Below, one piece after another: positions 48,606 to 64,000 of a stretch of 64,000 nucleotides of DNA. This DNA comes from Trichosphaerium sp. ATCC 40318 (lineage: Eukaryota; Protista; Tubulinea). The DNA is taken from positions 294,813-358,812 of the forward strand of contig JALMLS010000385.1 of assembly GCA_038496445.1 (NCBI GenBank), read 5' to 3'. A program made the translations under genes and the position numbers. Position 1 is the stretch's first letter. Every line of letters starts with the position of its first letter. The notes beneath the pieces are model-generated. The model ran no database searches. It saw nothing but the letters and a program-made list of their open reading frames with translations, and was not told the DNA's origin.

Positions 48606-51385
48606 CTACAATTCGTCTTTGAGCGTCGGTTCGAGCTTTGTTATCTTCAACCTACATGACTGATCTACATTTTTTTAGCTTTACGACAGACACGCTTCTG
48701 TACCAAGTATAACATCACCAAACTTGTATCTATATTCACAATACTCCCTATGCATGCAAGTGGCTGTCTTGTAGTTCCATCGACAGTCTTTATCTACCTA
48801 TTGAGAAAAGCTTAGTGCTTTTTTATTTGTCACGAGTTTACCTTTGGTACACGTGCTTGTTTAGGTGCAAATCGTTGTTTAGCTGATAGTTTCACTTCCT
48901 TTATTGACTCACTAACACGTGATGAACGATTGGAGTCGTACATCATGTGCTCTTGTAGTTCTCTAAATAGGAGTTTGCTCTATAGTAACATTAACACCGC
49001 CAATTATTTAGCATGAATATACCTGTAGTAATTGTAAGTGTTCAATGTTATCTAGCTCCCAGACAGATGTAGCTTGCTCCCGTAAACTTTCTTTATCAAC
49101 TCTAAGTACTGGTTAACAATAGCCTGAATTGAGATACATACGTGTGAGACTCAAAGAAAGTAGCTTTAGGCTTAGAGTCGTCATCTTTTTTGATTTCCTC
49201 GGTCTTGTAATAGAAACTCTGTGGTGTTACTGTTACATTTATTCCTTCAGAATCTCCCAACCATCGTTTGCACCAAGAGAGTGATGCGTAAGGCACAGTA
49301 CCATCACCTGAAAATCTATTTGGCTACAAAACAAATAAACATGATGGCTTTTGTTTCAATACTTACATCATCGGATATTACTTCACCTGTTTCTGCACTG
49401 TATATCTTGCCACCCTCTAAACTATGTTATAGATGTTGTACTGTGTTAAAGGTTATTGTACCTTCGAATAAGTGTGCTTCTGTTTTCCATATTCCTCTTT
49501 CTTCTGCTGGAGACACAACATAAGAGTATTCAGTCTTTAAGTTTATGCCATAAGCGCAGATGATGGATCGGATTGGAGGTCTACAAAATATAAGTATAAG
49601 GTATTTGTAATTGGCCATGCTTGCCGCTCCCAAGGTTCTTCTTGAATGTTGACAATAGGATCTTCTTGGTACCATTTTTTTAATACAATGTCAATGTTTT
49701 TAAGAATGTCATCGCGTTCACTTGACATTTCAATAGCCTTTGTAAAATTGCTTGCAAAAAATTTCAAATCTCCAACGGCTTTACCGCTAACATTGAGGTT
49801 ACGTATTGTTAATAGTGGTTCATCAGTTGGCCAAGGAGATTCCTCATCGGGCACAGGTTGAAATGGTACAAGCAGTCCGATTGAGCCAAACGCTGATAAG
49901 AGTCTTGATTGCTGAGTAGATATTGGTAGTCCTGATAAACAGATTAGCCCTTCAAGTTTCGAAATGCACCGTTCACATGTACCAAATGTAACGCCCTCAT
50001 AAATTTGTCTGATTGTTTTGGAGGCACCCAACATTGGAGCGCCTAGAGCCACATACTGATAGATGTGTTCATCCAACCAACTCTATCAAAAGGGTTATAG
50101 TGAAGTAAAATTTATGAATTGAAAGATTGGTGTACCTTGTAATTGAAATCTCCCTTCTCGTGTTTTAACCATTCCAAAAAATACCGAAAAATGTTATTAC
50201 CCATGGAGTGTGCCATAACTGTAACTCCTGTTGGTACAAACGCATCTATTTCACGACGTTGGTGGCTAACAGCCACTTCAATCCTACTCTCATATTAAAA
50301 TAAAACTCGGTGAAATAACAGCAACCTCACCTAGTCATTAACTTGTAAAAGAAGTGATCGCGTAAATGTAGCTTCCAAGGAGCTAAGCGAAAGTCATATG
50401 GAGCAGCAAGAAGAGTGACCTAAGTTCATGTTATAAATAATACAATTGCAAGTGTAGACGATGATCTAGGAGACGCACATCAGGTTCATATTCATCCATT
50501 TGCAATAATTCTACAAAGATAAATTAATACTTTAAAGACAGCTTGAGTGGATTGACACAAGTTGTGATCCACTGCTATAATATCAAAAATACGGTACTTG
50601 AAACAAACATGTTCCAAACCTATAATAGTATGAGTACTACTGTCAACAACAAAGGAATCTCTAAATACACATAGGATATAGATACATTATTCATCCGCAC
50701 CGTCGAGAAATAGCCTGTAAGAACTCCAGGATCAAGCTTGCCAATGGCATGAAGCCCTTTTATTGGTTGGTTAGCTATGGGCAATATAGATCCAGCTCTT
50801 ACCTTGGCCTAATAAATGTTGTTAACTGCAAGTTTTTTTGTTGTGATCGGAATGCTAACACTTTACCTGCGCGAACTTTGCACCCACCAAGGTCGTCTTG
50901 CGTGTGAGGATCTACTTCAACACAATCTAGAAAGCATTGCGAGGAGCTTAGCACTTTTCCAGTGTCAAGCCATATGCGATCGCCTAGGTTGTAATCTATT
51001 GGCCTATGGTGACTTAGTGTTACGCTCAATACGTTTGTACAGCTTTCTCAAAAAAAAGAAAGTAGAAAACACGTCAATGACACCTCAAATGCGAAGCAAT
51101 ACGATATGACGCTCGTCATGATAGTTTTAGCAACAAAACCGGTGAAACTCGTACCCAAAACAATCTTTCGCCTTCCACACGTATAGCTGCGATGACAGTA
51201 AGCCAGGAAGCAATAAAATCGGCCTAGGGGATCTAGCAACTTTAGCAAGCTCTGACTGATAGGAACAGCGCATTTTAACGCTTTGGCACGCATATAAATG
51301 CGTACTTTGATCGTTTGATACAGTTTACATTTGTGAGTAACACTACCAACAGTACAAACGCAGAGTAAATCGCAGTGGCCTTCAT
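48606..51385 (-). CDS. LCAT-family acyltransferase, phospholipid:sterol O-acyltransferase (PSAT)-like
   Basis: Signal peptide; PILLLPG; AAPYDFRL; AHSMG; GDGTVPYASLSWCKRWLG; C-terminal DCRWNY..C..EYCEYRYKFGDV.LDQSCRL; ends KDEL*. Confidence 0.85.
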
Positions 51386-51519
51386 TATTGGTATGAAAGG
51401 ACAATCTCACGTGGCTATATACGTTTATAATAAAAAAAGTGTGAAGTGATTCAAAAAAGCACAACAAAAAAAAATAAAGCTAAGTCAAGCGAAGTTCCAA
51501 TTCAAAACCCGCATTTAGG

Positions 51520-52600
51520 ATGGAACACCTCGAGGCCATTGTGGTCGGCGATGGTGCGTCTGGCAAAACTAGCTTATTAATAACTCAAACGACTGGTTCG
51601 TTTCCTCAACAAATAACTTGCAGCGATGTACAACATACAACAACGTTACAAATAAATGGTACCACAGTTACACTGTTACTAAACGACACAAATGGGCAAG
51701 ACGAGGATGATAGACGAAGAGCTCAAGTTTATTCCGGCGCAGACGTCGTATTGCTCACCTATTCAATTATATCCCCTTATTCGTTTGATAGTATAATGAA
51801 AAAGGTATGTTTTAGCGGAGGAGCGTAACTGCAGGCACAGTTATTTGATCGTAGTATTTGAGAAAATTATTCACATACATAGAAGCTATAGAGCGCTAAC
51901 ATAAATATTTATAGTGGATACCTGAAATTCAACGTCACGCACCTGGAAAACCAATAGTTTTGATTGGATGTAAATCAGACCTACGTAATGATGATTATGC
52001 ATTGGAGCGTCTTAGGTACGAATAAAATAATTTTTTTTTTGTGAAGACGAGGAAAAAACCCAAACGACTCAGTACTTCTTAAAAACGCCTATTGTTTTGG
52101 TCAAGTATTTATAATTTATCTAGGTCGCGACGTATGGCGCCAGTTTCGTTCGATCAAGCAAGTAAAATGAAACATCTAATTAATGCGAGCGCTTATATTG
52201 AGTGTTCTGCTGCTAATGGTGACGGTGTTAGCTCTGTTTTTCATGGTACGTGCAAGAAATCTGAAACTCGCTCGGTTTTGGGTTCTTTTTTTAAGCTTCA
52301 GTGAACTACAGTCTCGTACATCTTAAACTACAACAAACAGCAAAACAAGTATTGTAGTCGCTGCGCCTATTTTTTTTACACAACAACACGCTCATACTTT
52401 ATCCAGAAATCGCTTTAGCTGGGCTTCCTGACTTAAAATCGAAAAAATCGAGTAAAAACAAATCGAAGTCTTCAAAGGCATCACGAAAGTCTACAAACCG
52501 CAAAAAGAAGCATAAAAAATCAAAAAAAGCTGGTAAAGCTGATATTAATATTGCACGTATTGAACCGCTTGGAAAACCATCGAAATGCAATGTATTGTGA
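51520..52600 (+). CDS. Divergent Rho/Rac-family GTPase
   Basis: [35 protein letters not shown], long polybasic tail, CAAX CNVL. Confidence 0.9.
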
Positions 52601-53079
52601 GGGGAATAATGGTTTACACCTTGGGTGTATTGTGTATTTTTATTATAAAGTAATTCACTGTTTTTAGTACTTGTTTGATTGATCGCAACGTCCGTACCCA
52701 GTGTTTAGTATTTTTCTTAAGTTTTTGTTGTTTATTGCCGATTATGATAATTAGGAAGCGCAAATGGCTTTGTTTCTGCGCTTACGAAGTAACATGAAGT
52801 GGGTACAAATGAAACAGTTTGTTCTTCAAACTGCGTTTTATATTTATCACGTGGTGCGTTTGGATAAACGTTGTATGATGTATTGTATAGCGAATATTTC
52901 GGTGTGCGCCGTAAGGTACACAGCCTTTTGACTGTTTCTGAATTTGCCATGGCAAAATTGTTTTCGCTTTCGTTCAGCCACAGCTTGTGCAGTACGGTTC
53001 AGCGCAGTATGGTACGATGACTTATTAGTTAGAGTGAGTACTCTTTTAATAACCTCTCGATAAGTTCAAAAAGCTAAGG

Positions 53080-56057
53080 ATATGGAAAATACGCGATTAC
53101 AGTCACGTGGAGAGAGAAAAACTGCTAACTATCCAAAAACTATGGATAAATTACCTAGCTGCTCAAACTTCTACTGGCGCTAACGTAAACGATCAGTTAC
53201 CACCCCAGCTGAGGTGGGCAGAAGACAGTGAGAAGCCAGACTACAATCCTATTACAATGGAATTCAGAAGTAGCATTTGGCTAGATCGGATGGGTAGTGG
53301 GCCTCTATGCTCAGCTGCTGAAGACATTCTACATCATATCTGTGCGTACAAAACATTTTTTAAGAACAATCTTTCGAAATTGCAGCCAGAAAGTCACGTG
53401 AGGCAACCACGTGCTATAGCTAAACTTTTATCACTTGTTTATTTCTCCAACTACTTCTCCGGAGAATTCTTTTCTTGACTCACTTGTTTTTATGCCGATC
53501 TTTTACACCTTGCTAGGTAACTATCAAGAGGTGAAGAAGGAGCGCTTTTGGTACGGCTAGGTTTAGTTCTAAATCAAAGGTTTTTTTCAAAACAATGGTG
53601 TCAACACATATGCACTTTAAATTTAGTGCTTTTGTTTTTTTAACTGGTACCACTACAGGCAACACAACAATGATCCCTGGAACTTATTTCTCGAAGAGTT
53701 AAAAGATTGGGCTGTCAGACTTTCAGTGATGGATCCAGGAGTACCAGAACATTTAACAGAGATATCTAATCGCGTATGTGCAACGTTTTATCCGAAGAAT
53801 TCAAAAAACCCATTGCTTATTGTTTAGAAAAAATATGTGGAAGTTTGTTGGCTAGATCCAGACTTATTTCCACCAGGACACGAGGATAACATGAAGCTTA
53901 CTTTGTTCGGTACGTAGTATAGGAACTGAGGAACTAACGATCAAACGTTTGAAAGTCTAACGAGAGTAAAGAGGTACTTGCAGATATTGATAAGGCATAT
54001 CAAATAGCGTACCGAGAATCTCAATGTACATCTGCTGTCAAGCTATTCAAGCAATGGAATCACTATTTGAATCAACTCATAAAGAAAGTCGTGCAGCTAC
54101 TCTTTTATGTGGTGAGAGGAGATGAGGTATAACTCTATCATGCCTATTCAAAGTTTGTTTATTGTGTTATTATTTAGGTACTTCCACAAGGATTGGTTCC
54201 TAGTGATTTGAGAAAACCAGAAAGGCATGGAAGTAAACTCAAAGGTGCTGTGCGATCACGAGTTGCAACGCTTTTGAGCGAAGTGATGAAGTCTGCAGAG
54301 ATGAAATATATTTTTCCCTCCGGGTGAGGAGATAATATTCTTTTGTTTTAGCTAATGATTCAAACTAGCAATCCATTCAGAGTTGACTTTTCCCTTCAAG
54401 TTGACGATAGAATGAAGGACTTACAATACACTAAGAACAACCTCATAACTGCTGGTTGCGCGGCCACTATACCAGCTGTATGGCTTTTCCAATTACAGTT
54501 GATTTACTTTGTTTTAACATGTGATTAGACTATGAAGGCTATATTTGGACCTAATTTGAACGTTAGACAATTTCTCAATGAACCCTCAGTTGAAAAACTT
54601 CTTCACAATAAGCCTGAGCTATCAGAACACTACATACGCCTTCACGGATATTTGATAGAATTATCACAATTTACAGTGTTCTCACGGCAGGGAGAAGAGT
54701 TGGCTAAAACGGGTGGAGACTTGCTGACCTTTGGGTTTTCTAACGAGATGGTGCCTACTTTAATCTCCTTCTATTTTGGGTTAACAGCGCCTTAGATTAA
54801 TACGCTGATTGCAGACTATGACGTACTAATCAGTCATTTTTCGCAGTCGCTTACGAAAGTGTTAACGATAACGAACGAGGTTTTTGTCCGTGTAAGTTTT
54901 TCATTAATGTAATTTTGTTATTGATTGTAACTATTGATAGGAGTTAACTACACGGTATAATGGGTGGTTTTCAGATGAGAGACCTTTTTTAGATAACTAC
55001 TACAACGCAATTTTGATACAAAAAGCGCTTGAAGGTATCATTGTAAAGGTAGGACTCTCTTGTCTTGATCACTCATAGCTCATTTTGCTCAATATAGTGT
55101 ACTTCAACTGCGTCCCTAATCAGATCAACAGCAAATAATATGACTCTAAAAGATCGTATGAAAAAAGCAAGAAAGCAAGTTGTGAGGCACGTGATATTGA
55201 ACATATGACATGCGACATCTCAGTGTGTACTCACAAAACCTTAGGTTTTGTACAGGTGTAAAAACGCATAGCAAGAGAATACACACGTTGGTTACTGAAG
55301 AACCTAAAACAATGATAGATACGAATCCATTCGGCAATGGAAATGGCTCAGCAACCTCTCAGTCTGTTTTTAAATTGCAACGCCAAGAAGTGTGTTTGCC
55401 AAGTGACATTCCAGATAATTTCGAAGAAATCCAAGAGCTCTTGGAAGCTCAAATCGTACATCCTCAACAACCACTAGCACTGACTTTCCAAAAACTACAA
55501 TTGGATAATGTTGAAACACTCAAGCAAGTGTTGGCTGCCCTTGAACAGTACACGAACATTCAGCATCTAAATTTCGCACATTCAAAGGTTGGAGCTCAAG
55601 GATGCGAAGTATTGGCTTCGTATTTGCTCAACAATAATACAGAGGTTTGTGAGTTGGATTTGACATGTTGCAATATAGACGACGCTGCAGCAGAGCATCT
55701 GGGTAAGGCTCTTTCTAACTTACCGAGACTTCGTGAACTTGTTCTTTCTCACAACAAGATAACCGCTGATGGTGTTGGATGCCTTACTGTCGGTTTGAAG
55801 AACCACAGCAGAGCATTCCAACTACATTTGGATAATAATCCAGTAAAGAGACAAGGTATGCCATAAAATTGTTGGGAAACGATAATATTGAATGTCTTTT
55901 AGGTGCCGAATTGATTTATGGACTAGCTTGTTCAAATAGAAATCTTGCTTTCATTGGCATCACATGCCCTTCAGATGTCAAAGAGAAGATTGATATTCAA
56001 ATAAGATCCAACAACCAGACTGCACAGTTGACTAGAGAGTTGTATTTTACTTCCTAA
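53080..56057 (+). CDS. Large multi-exon protein, unknown N-terminus, C-terminal RNI-like LRRs; start uncertain
   Basis: Chain of spliceable exons; LDLTCCNIDDAAAEHLGKAL and LVLSHNKITADGVGCL. Confidence 0.7.
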
Positions 56058-56397
56058 TGGGAGTTTAAAATTCACTTGTAAATAACTATTAATAAATTTG
56101 TGATTGTGAGAAACTCTACTGTCAACAGATCTTTATGAATGAAACACTTGTTAACATGGAAGGTCCTGTGAAAGTAGTGTTACTTCAAACAACTGACAGT
56201 GCGAATTGATGGTTGTAACAAGTATACTCTGCCACAAAAAGAGGCTGCTCAAGTTGCTAACTAAAAACTGTAACCCCAACCAGTTGAGAATGGTAACTTA
56301 ATAACGCTTTATTTCAAACGACACAAATATCGCCATACAGTTTGTTTCCGAGTGAGTAGTAATTTCTGGCGTATTTCAAATTGAAAAGACACTGAGC

Positions 56398-58854
<2,457 letters not shown>

Positions 58855-59345
58855 AGGTGTAGCGGTTGGTTGGTTCTTACTATTTGTCGCTTTCGATACA
58901 CAAACTTAAGCGTGAACAGGTAAACATTTTGTGTGAACGCTTAATACTACATTGCGTCTTTTTGTTTAGAGCGCGTCTGTACGTGTTGATAAACACTGTT
59001 TGGATGTGCCTGAGTGGCACGGAGGAATACGCATCCATCTACTACCAATCGCGCTATTACTGCGCAAACAGTGCATAAACGCACTATGCGAGCGAGGGTG
59101 AGTGAGCGCAAGCGAATCTAATATTTAGTAAGCCAAATCACCGTCGAAAACTAAACAAAGAAAAAACGTGACAAGCGCTTCCCATCGTTGGTAGCCACGT
59201 GATCATTTTATTGTGGCTAGCTTTGTGTGCCGATCTATTATACTTTGTAATTATAATTATAGCCATTTTTGATTCTTGTTGTTCAAACTGCGCCGCTCAG
59301 TGTGGCCCCCGACGACGCGACGCTTCATTTCAAGCAAGTATTGTT

Positions 59346-62300
59346 TTATTTAAAGAGAGACATGTCTTTAAACCGTTTACCAGCTGACAAGTCCATCCTA
59401 GAAGTTGATGGGTTGTTTGGCGTTTTGATGCCGCCTGTGATATACTTGTATTCCCTGTCTCCGCTCTTACCCTTTCCGCTTCCTGTGAGGTCCTCTCCGC
59501 CTCTGTTCGGATACATTTTTTTGGTGACTTCGTCGACTTTCTTGAGCTCTTGTGTCCAGTTCTTTTTCTTGGGTTTTTTGAGCTTGTTTTTTCTTGTCCT
59601 TCTTCCATCTGCCATTTTAACGCCGAATTGGAACGCAGCCCTACACGTGTTAGGTTCTGACAAAATAAAAGATAAAACTCCTTTTTTTTTTTGCACTTAC
59701 TTTGGGTGTGCCTCGCGCTTGGCTTCATAAGCTTCCCAGTCTTCGTCGGTTTCGAAATCCCACTTCTTTAACCGCTTCCTTGAGTCCATCTTCATCAAAT
59801 CCTCTTCTTCGTCACTATCTACACGTCCATATTGCGTTCCTTCGTACGCTCTGCAAAATCATAGTTAAAGACAACACCAAAAAAAAAGCTTCGCGTGTAG
59901 GCTCATGACAGCTGAAATGCGAAAAATTTGTTTTCAGAAATTTCGCCCCGTAATACAGAGTGATGTAACTGACGTAAATAAAATACCGAAATATATTTTT
60001 TCAAATACAAAGTATGTAGGCGTACCCTGGGTAGCACTCTGTGTATGAATCCGCCACTGCGTGTGGATCCATTTTGCTTGTTGGTTTTTTTTCTGGCATA
60101 CCTGCGTCCCTATCGCGGAATGATCTTATCTTAACGTCACTAGGACGTGTTGGCGCTGTAAGATGTTAGATTCAAAATTGCAAGTAGGGAGATGTACGTT
60201 GTGGTGTCGATGTTGGTGGTTCTGAGGACTCGCCGAAATAGTTCTAGCAAAGCATAATAAGTAAACAATCACATCCACATAGAAAAGCTAGTACATATGT
60301 GCCGTCTTCTTTTGGCCATTCATTGTGATTCCCAAGAACTGGTTGATCCTGACTCATTTGCATCTGTGCTGCCTGAGCCATCATGGAAGGAGGCTTTGAA
60401 GGGCCTACCATTGGAGGCTTTGCTGGGCCAACCATCGGAGGTTTTGCAGGACCAACCATCGGTGGTAGCATTGAAGGAGGCTTTGCAGGGCCAACCATTG
60501 GAGGTTTTGCAGGACCAACCATAGGCGACTGGATTTGTTAGACAATAAAGTAATAGATTCTCTTTGTGTACCTCATCTAAGTCCATAGGTGTTGGTTCAA
60601 AAGCTACTCTTGCCTAAATTTGTTTAAGTATATTATGCATTGGTTTGTTGTTTGTACATTGTCATTAATGTGTGAAGTCTTTTGGCGTTTGCTCTCCTGG
60701 ATTTCGTCCTCTAAATTGTAATCTGTACCAACATCATCAAAAAGACTTGCACAAAGTTAGAGAGGTGGTTTGAGCAGTTAAAAAAAAATAAAATTAAAAT
60801 AAATAAATCACCTTATGTTAGCAGTTTTGGCTCGGCGCAAATCGGCTTCCTCAATCTCACGCAACTCTTCTTCGCGTTTACGTTTTAATCGCTCTTTCTA
60901 AATAGAAAAACAAAATATTAACACCATTTTCCAGTTCTGCAGAAAATTATGAAAGCAAAAAATAGTTTACCCGTTTCATTTTTCTGTATGCAGCTGCGCC
61001 ATGTTTATAACACACCATAATTTCCATTATCTTCTTCATAATCTCAGGGTGTGTCTTTGCAATGATATACTCCGCTTGAAACTCGGCGTCTTTTTTAGAG
61101 TGGGTGATTAGAGTTGGGAGTTCTTCTTTAGCACTATCAAGCACGTTGTAGACATAAGATGTTCGGCCCTAGTAAATGTTGTAAGTATATACCTATTGTA
61201 CCGTACACAACATACTGGTAAGAAGGAATCAACCGTTTTAGGTCGTTGCCTTTGGAAGAATGCATTGAACAAGTTTTTACCAATAACTGAGGCGAATTCA
61301 TTGTTCCTTTTGACAGCAATTACTTTACCATCTTTTTGTTGGACCAACCTAGAGAAATTAGTGACTTACACGGAAATAACAAAAATAAAATGCTGTTGGT
61401 TTTGGTTTCGTTGCGCTAACATACTGAGTGTGTGTTTGAGTCTTTTTAACTTGCTCTGGAGCACTTGCTGCAGCAACTCTATCTTTTTCTTCTTGCTCCT
61501 GAATCTCTTTTCTTTTCTAAAGCGTGTTGTTAGGATATAAGTCTGCCAACAGGGTCAATGTACTTTTTCTAGAAGGCGCTTATCTAGACCCTTTACAAGA
61601 TGGGTATGTTCATCATCACCTCCAAGAAATTGCGTCTCATCAACAGTCATCTGTTTTAACTCAGTATCAGTCATGATAACGCTAGAAGAGTAAGAAGGCG
61701 CTTGTTTAAATATATAGCAATGAGCCTTTTGGTTTTTTTGACATTTTGACACATTGCGCCAGTATCAAATATAAAGATCACTTACCCTAATCCAGCATAG
61801 TCTGGATCTTCAACACCTTTACGCCTTTCTTCTGCGCGATCTCTGTATTTGGAGTCTTGAATTTGCTGCTTTTTTTTTTGTTTTCTAATTTTTTTTTGAG
61901 CGTTTGTTGTTGCGTTTCAAACACAAAGCGTACTTTTGGTATTTACGTTTCCTGGCTTCTTTTGCATTATCTTTTTGTTTATTTACAGTACTATCGCACA
62001 TTTCTTTATTAGTGTGTTGTTGAAACCTATTTCACGTACGGTTTTGGCGTCGGTGCTCTGTTTGGATCGAGATACGCGAACCGTGACTGAGCAGGCTCCT
62101 CTGGGCGCGGAGTCGACAGTATTCTGCGAAAGTCGGCATTTGAAAGCCCTTTGCTAATGTTTGGTTAATTTTTTGCCGTTTTAACCCGCATTTTAATTAC
62201 ATTGCCTAAATATTGTTATAAAAAGGCGTAAAGCGTACTTGGATATCGGTTCAGGCGCCTTAAATCCCTCGGGTGCAATTGGGTTGCTAATTTCCTCTAT

Positions 62301-62351
62301 TTAGGCGGTTAGCGTTACGGTATATACCATAGCAATACCAATGGCGCTCAT
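59346..62351 (-). CDS. IK: Protein Red / IK spliceosomal factor (SMU2 homologue)
   Basis: LSNADFRRILSTPR, YRDRAEERRKG, FLGGDDEHTHLVKGLD, DSYTECYP, AAFQFGVKMADGRRTR. Confidence 0.9.
60395..60525 (-). repeat. 24-nt coding repeat (PPMVGPAK, about 5 copies) inside Red
   Basis: ORF 60244-60522. Confidence 0.85.
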
Positions 62352-62692
62352 TTTCTCAATCGTTAAATGTCAGTAATAGGGTGAATTTTGCTTGCTCTTT
62401 CAAGAGCTATTAGCGGTTTGAATCTAACGTCCTATGGTGCGTTGATGTTATTGTTTAGTTTCGCTCTCGGCAATTACTTTTGACTTGCGCAAAAAAAAAA
62501 AAAAGCACGGTCGGTTATAACGTGAAATCTGGCCTTCAACAAAAGAAAAACACCCCAAAAAGCACTCTCTTACACAAGATTTATTTCGCAGTACATACAG
62601 AAACAAAAATACAAGCCTCAGCGACGTTACGAAATGTCAACGCCACGTTTACGGAAAAGCGGGCAAATTACTTCTGTTTACGCGTTTACGCC

Positions 62693-62998
62693 TCAAAGCG
62701 CGTTTTTTGCCTCCATGCGCGCCGCGTTGAGCTCATGACGACACTTATCAAATTGTTTTACTCTTTGAGAACAGTCCATGTAATCCTCCTTGGTGAACTT
62801 TTGTTGCATTCTGAGTATTTCGCATGTTGTGTAAAGAATAAATTCATTTCCGCAGGTTTCTGTCTTATAACGCGCAATACAGCTCTGACATAGATCGTCG
62901 TATACTTGTTTTAACGATTTACGCGTCTCTGTTGGTGTACACCATAATGCGGTGTGTCTGGAGCCTTTTGCATTGAACCTGGCTTGTGTAGCGCTCAT
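62693..62998 (-). CDS. Small twin CX9C (CHCH) protein, probably mitochondrial intermembrane space
   Basis: CGNEFILYTTC and CSQRVKQFDKC in a 101-aa ORF. Confidence 0.65.
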   Translation of the reverse strand: MSATQARFNAKGSRHTALWCTPTETRKSLKQVYDDLCQSCIARYKTETCGNEFILYTTCEILRMQQKFTKEDYMDCSQRVKQFDKCRHELNAARMEAKNAL

Positions 62999-63295
62999 TT
63001 ATTGCTGTTACGGGTGCGTAGCAAAACTAACTAATGATAAGCGATTTAAGCGAGACAATAACAAAAGGTACAATTATTTAAGAACAAATAGCCATGGGCT
63101 GTGAAAAAGACAAATCTTTGTTTGTGGAACTAACTAAAGGTGATTGGTGCTTACGTGTGTTTCATTTTATTCACAGCAAAAAAAATGAAGTGCTATAACC
63201 CAAATTCATCTGCTGTATATCTACATTAGAACACAAGTTGTAACAACAAAAATATAAATACCAACCAAACAAAAATACAAACTATGCAACAAAGC

Positions 63296-63373
63296 AAACC
63301 CTAAAATACTAAATACACAGTAACCTAACCCTAAGTTTGTCCTAGGGTTGTAACCCTAACCCTAACCCTAACC
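63296..63373. repeat. Telomere-like (CCCTAA)n cluster
   Basis: taaccctaaccctaaccctaacc at 63351-63373 plus degenerate units at 63296 and 63321; ttagggtt at 63987. Confidence 0.75.
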
Positions 63374-64000
63374 AACATCAAATATATAACTATTATTAGA
63401 CTTAACTTTAATCACAAATTTTTACTTACTCCAAAATCCAACTTAAAAATAATAGGTTAAGGTACTATTGCAGAGATGCCAAATGTTTTAGCAGATTCTG
63501 ACCCTTGAGAATAATACCCTTTGAAAAAATAGAATACTTTTTCTTATGTAAAACACTGCTGCAATGTTGGTAAAAGCAACTAAATTTGTGTTGGTGGCAT
63601 ACATGCTGAGATAGCCATTTTTGGGATCTTTTTTTGTTTTTGACAACCAAAATCCAGTTGATTTTCATTTGATAAAAGTTTGTATGGGGGCCTTGATTAC
63701 AATAATGCCTATGTCAACCTTAGATATGTATTTGTATGTAATTTTAGTCATAGATTATGATGCAACAAACGATATTACCATATGTGGTCACCATGTAAAG
63801 TTATTAATACATATGTTGCTTTCACCTTTTCTTACAACACATTTTTGCATGTAGTCTCAACCATGTGCATTATGAAAAAAGTGCCAATTTTGCGTGTGGT
63901 CGTAATATTTAGCATATATCATGGTACAAACATGTATTTTGATGGGTGACATATATGCAATTCGAAACTGGTGAATTGTGAAAGAGTTAGGGTTGTAATG

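Overview
AT-rich eukaryotic genomic DNA with dense genes and many short (about 40-60 nt) GT-AG introns, donors mostly GTACG. The gene content (Pats1-type Roco kinase, fibro-slime/PA14 protein, sedolisin, coronin) points to an amoebozoan; this is inference. About 22 protein genes or pseudogenes are present. The most notable feature is non-coding: the longer introns in the 3' half of a myotubularin-LRR-Roc-COR-kinase-WD40/PH gene (8181-18487) carry six recognisable snoRNAs. These are two H/ACA (U19/snR191-like, snR10/SNORA21-like) and four C/D (two identical U15/snR13-like copies in different introns, one U49-like, one U36/snR47-like), mostly aimed at the LSU functional centre. Also seen: intronless F-box/LRR paralogues in decay, a head-to-head pair of orphan paralogues, a KDEL-ending PSAT-type acyltransferase, divergent Ras and Rho, CACGTG enrichment, and a CpG-depleted segment with telomere-like repeats at the right end. 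Multi-exon coordinates are overall spans from manual splicing. rRNA targets and numbering are recalled from conserved eukaryotic rRNA, not searched.
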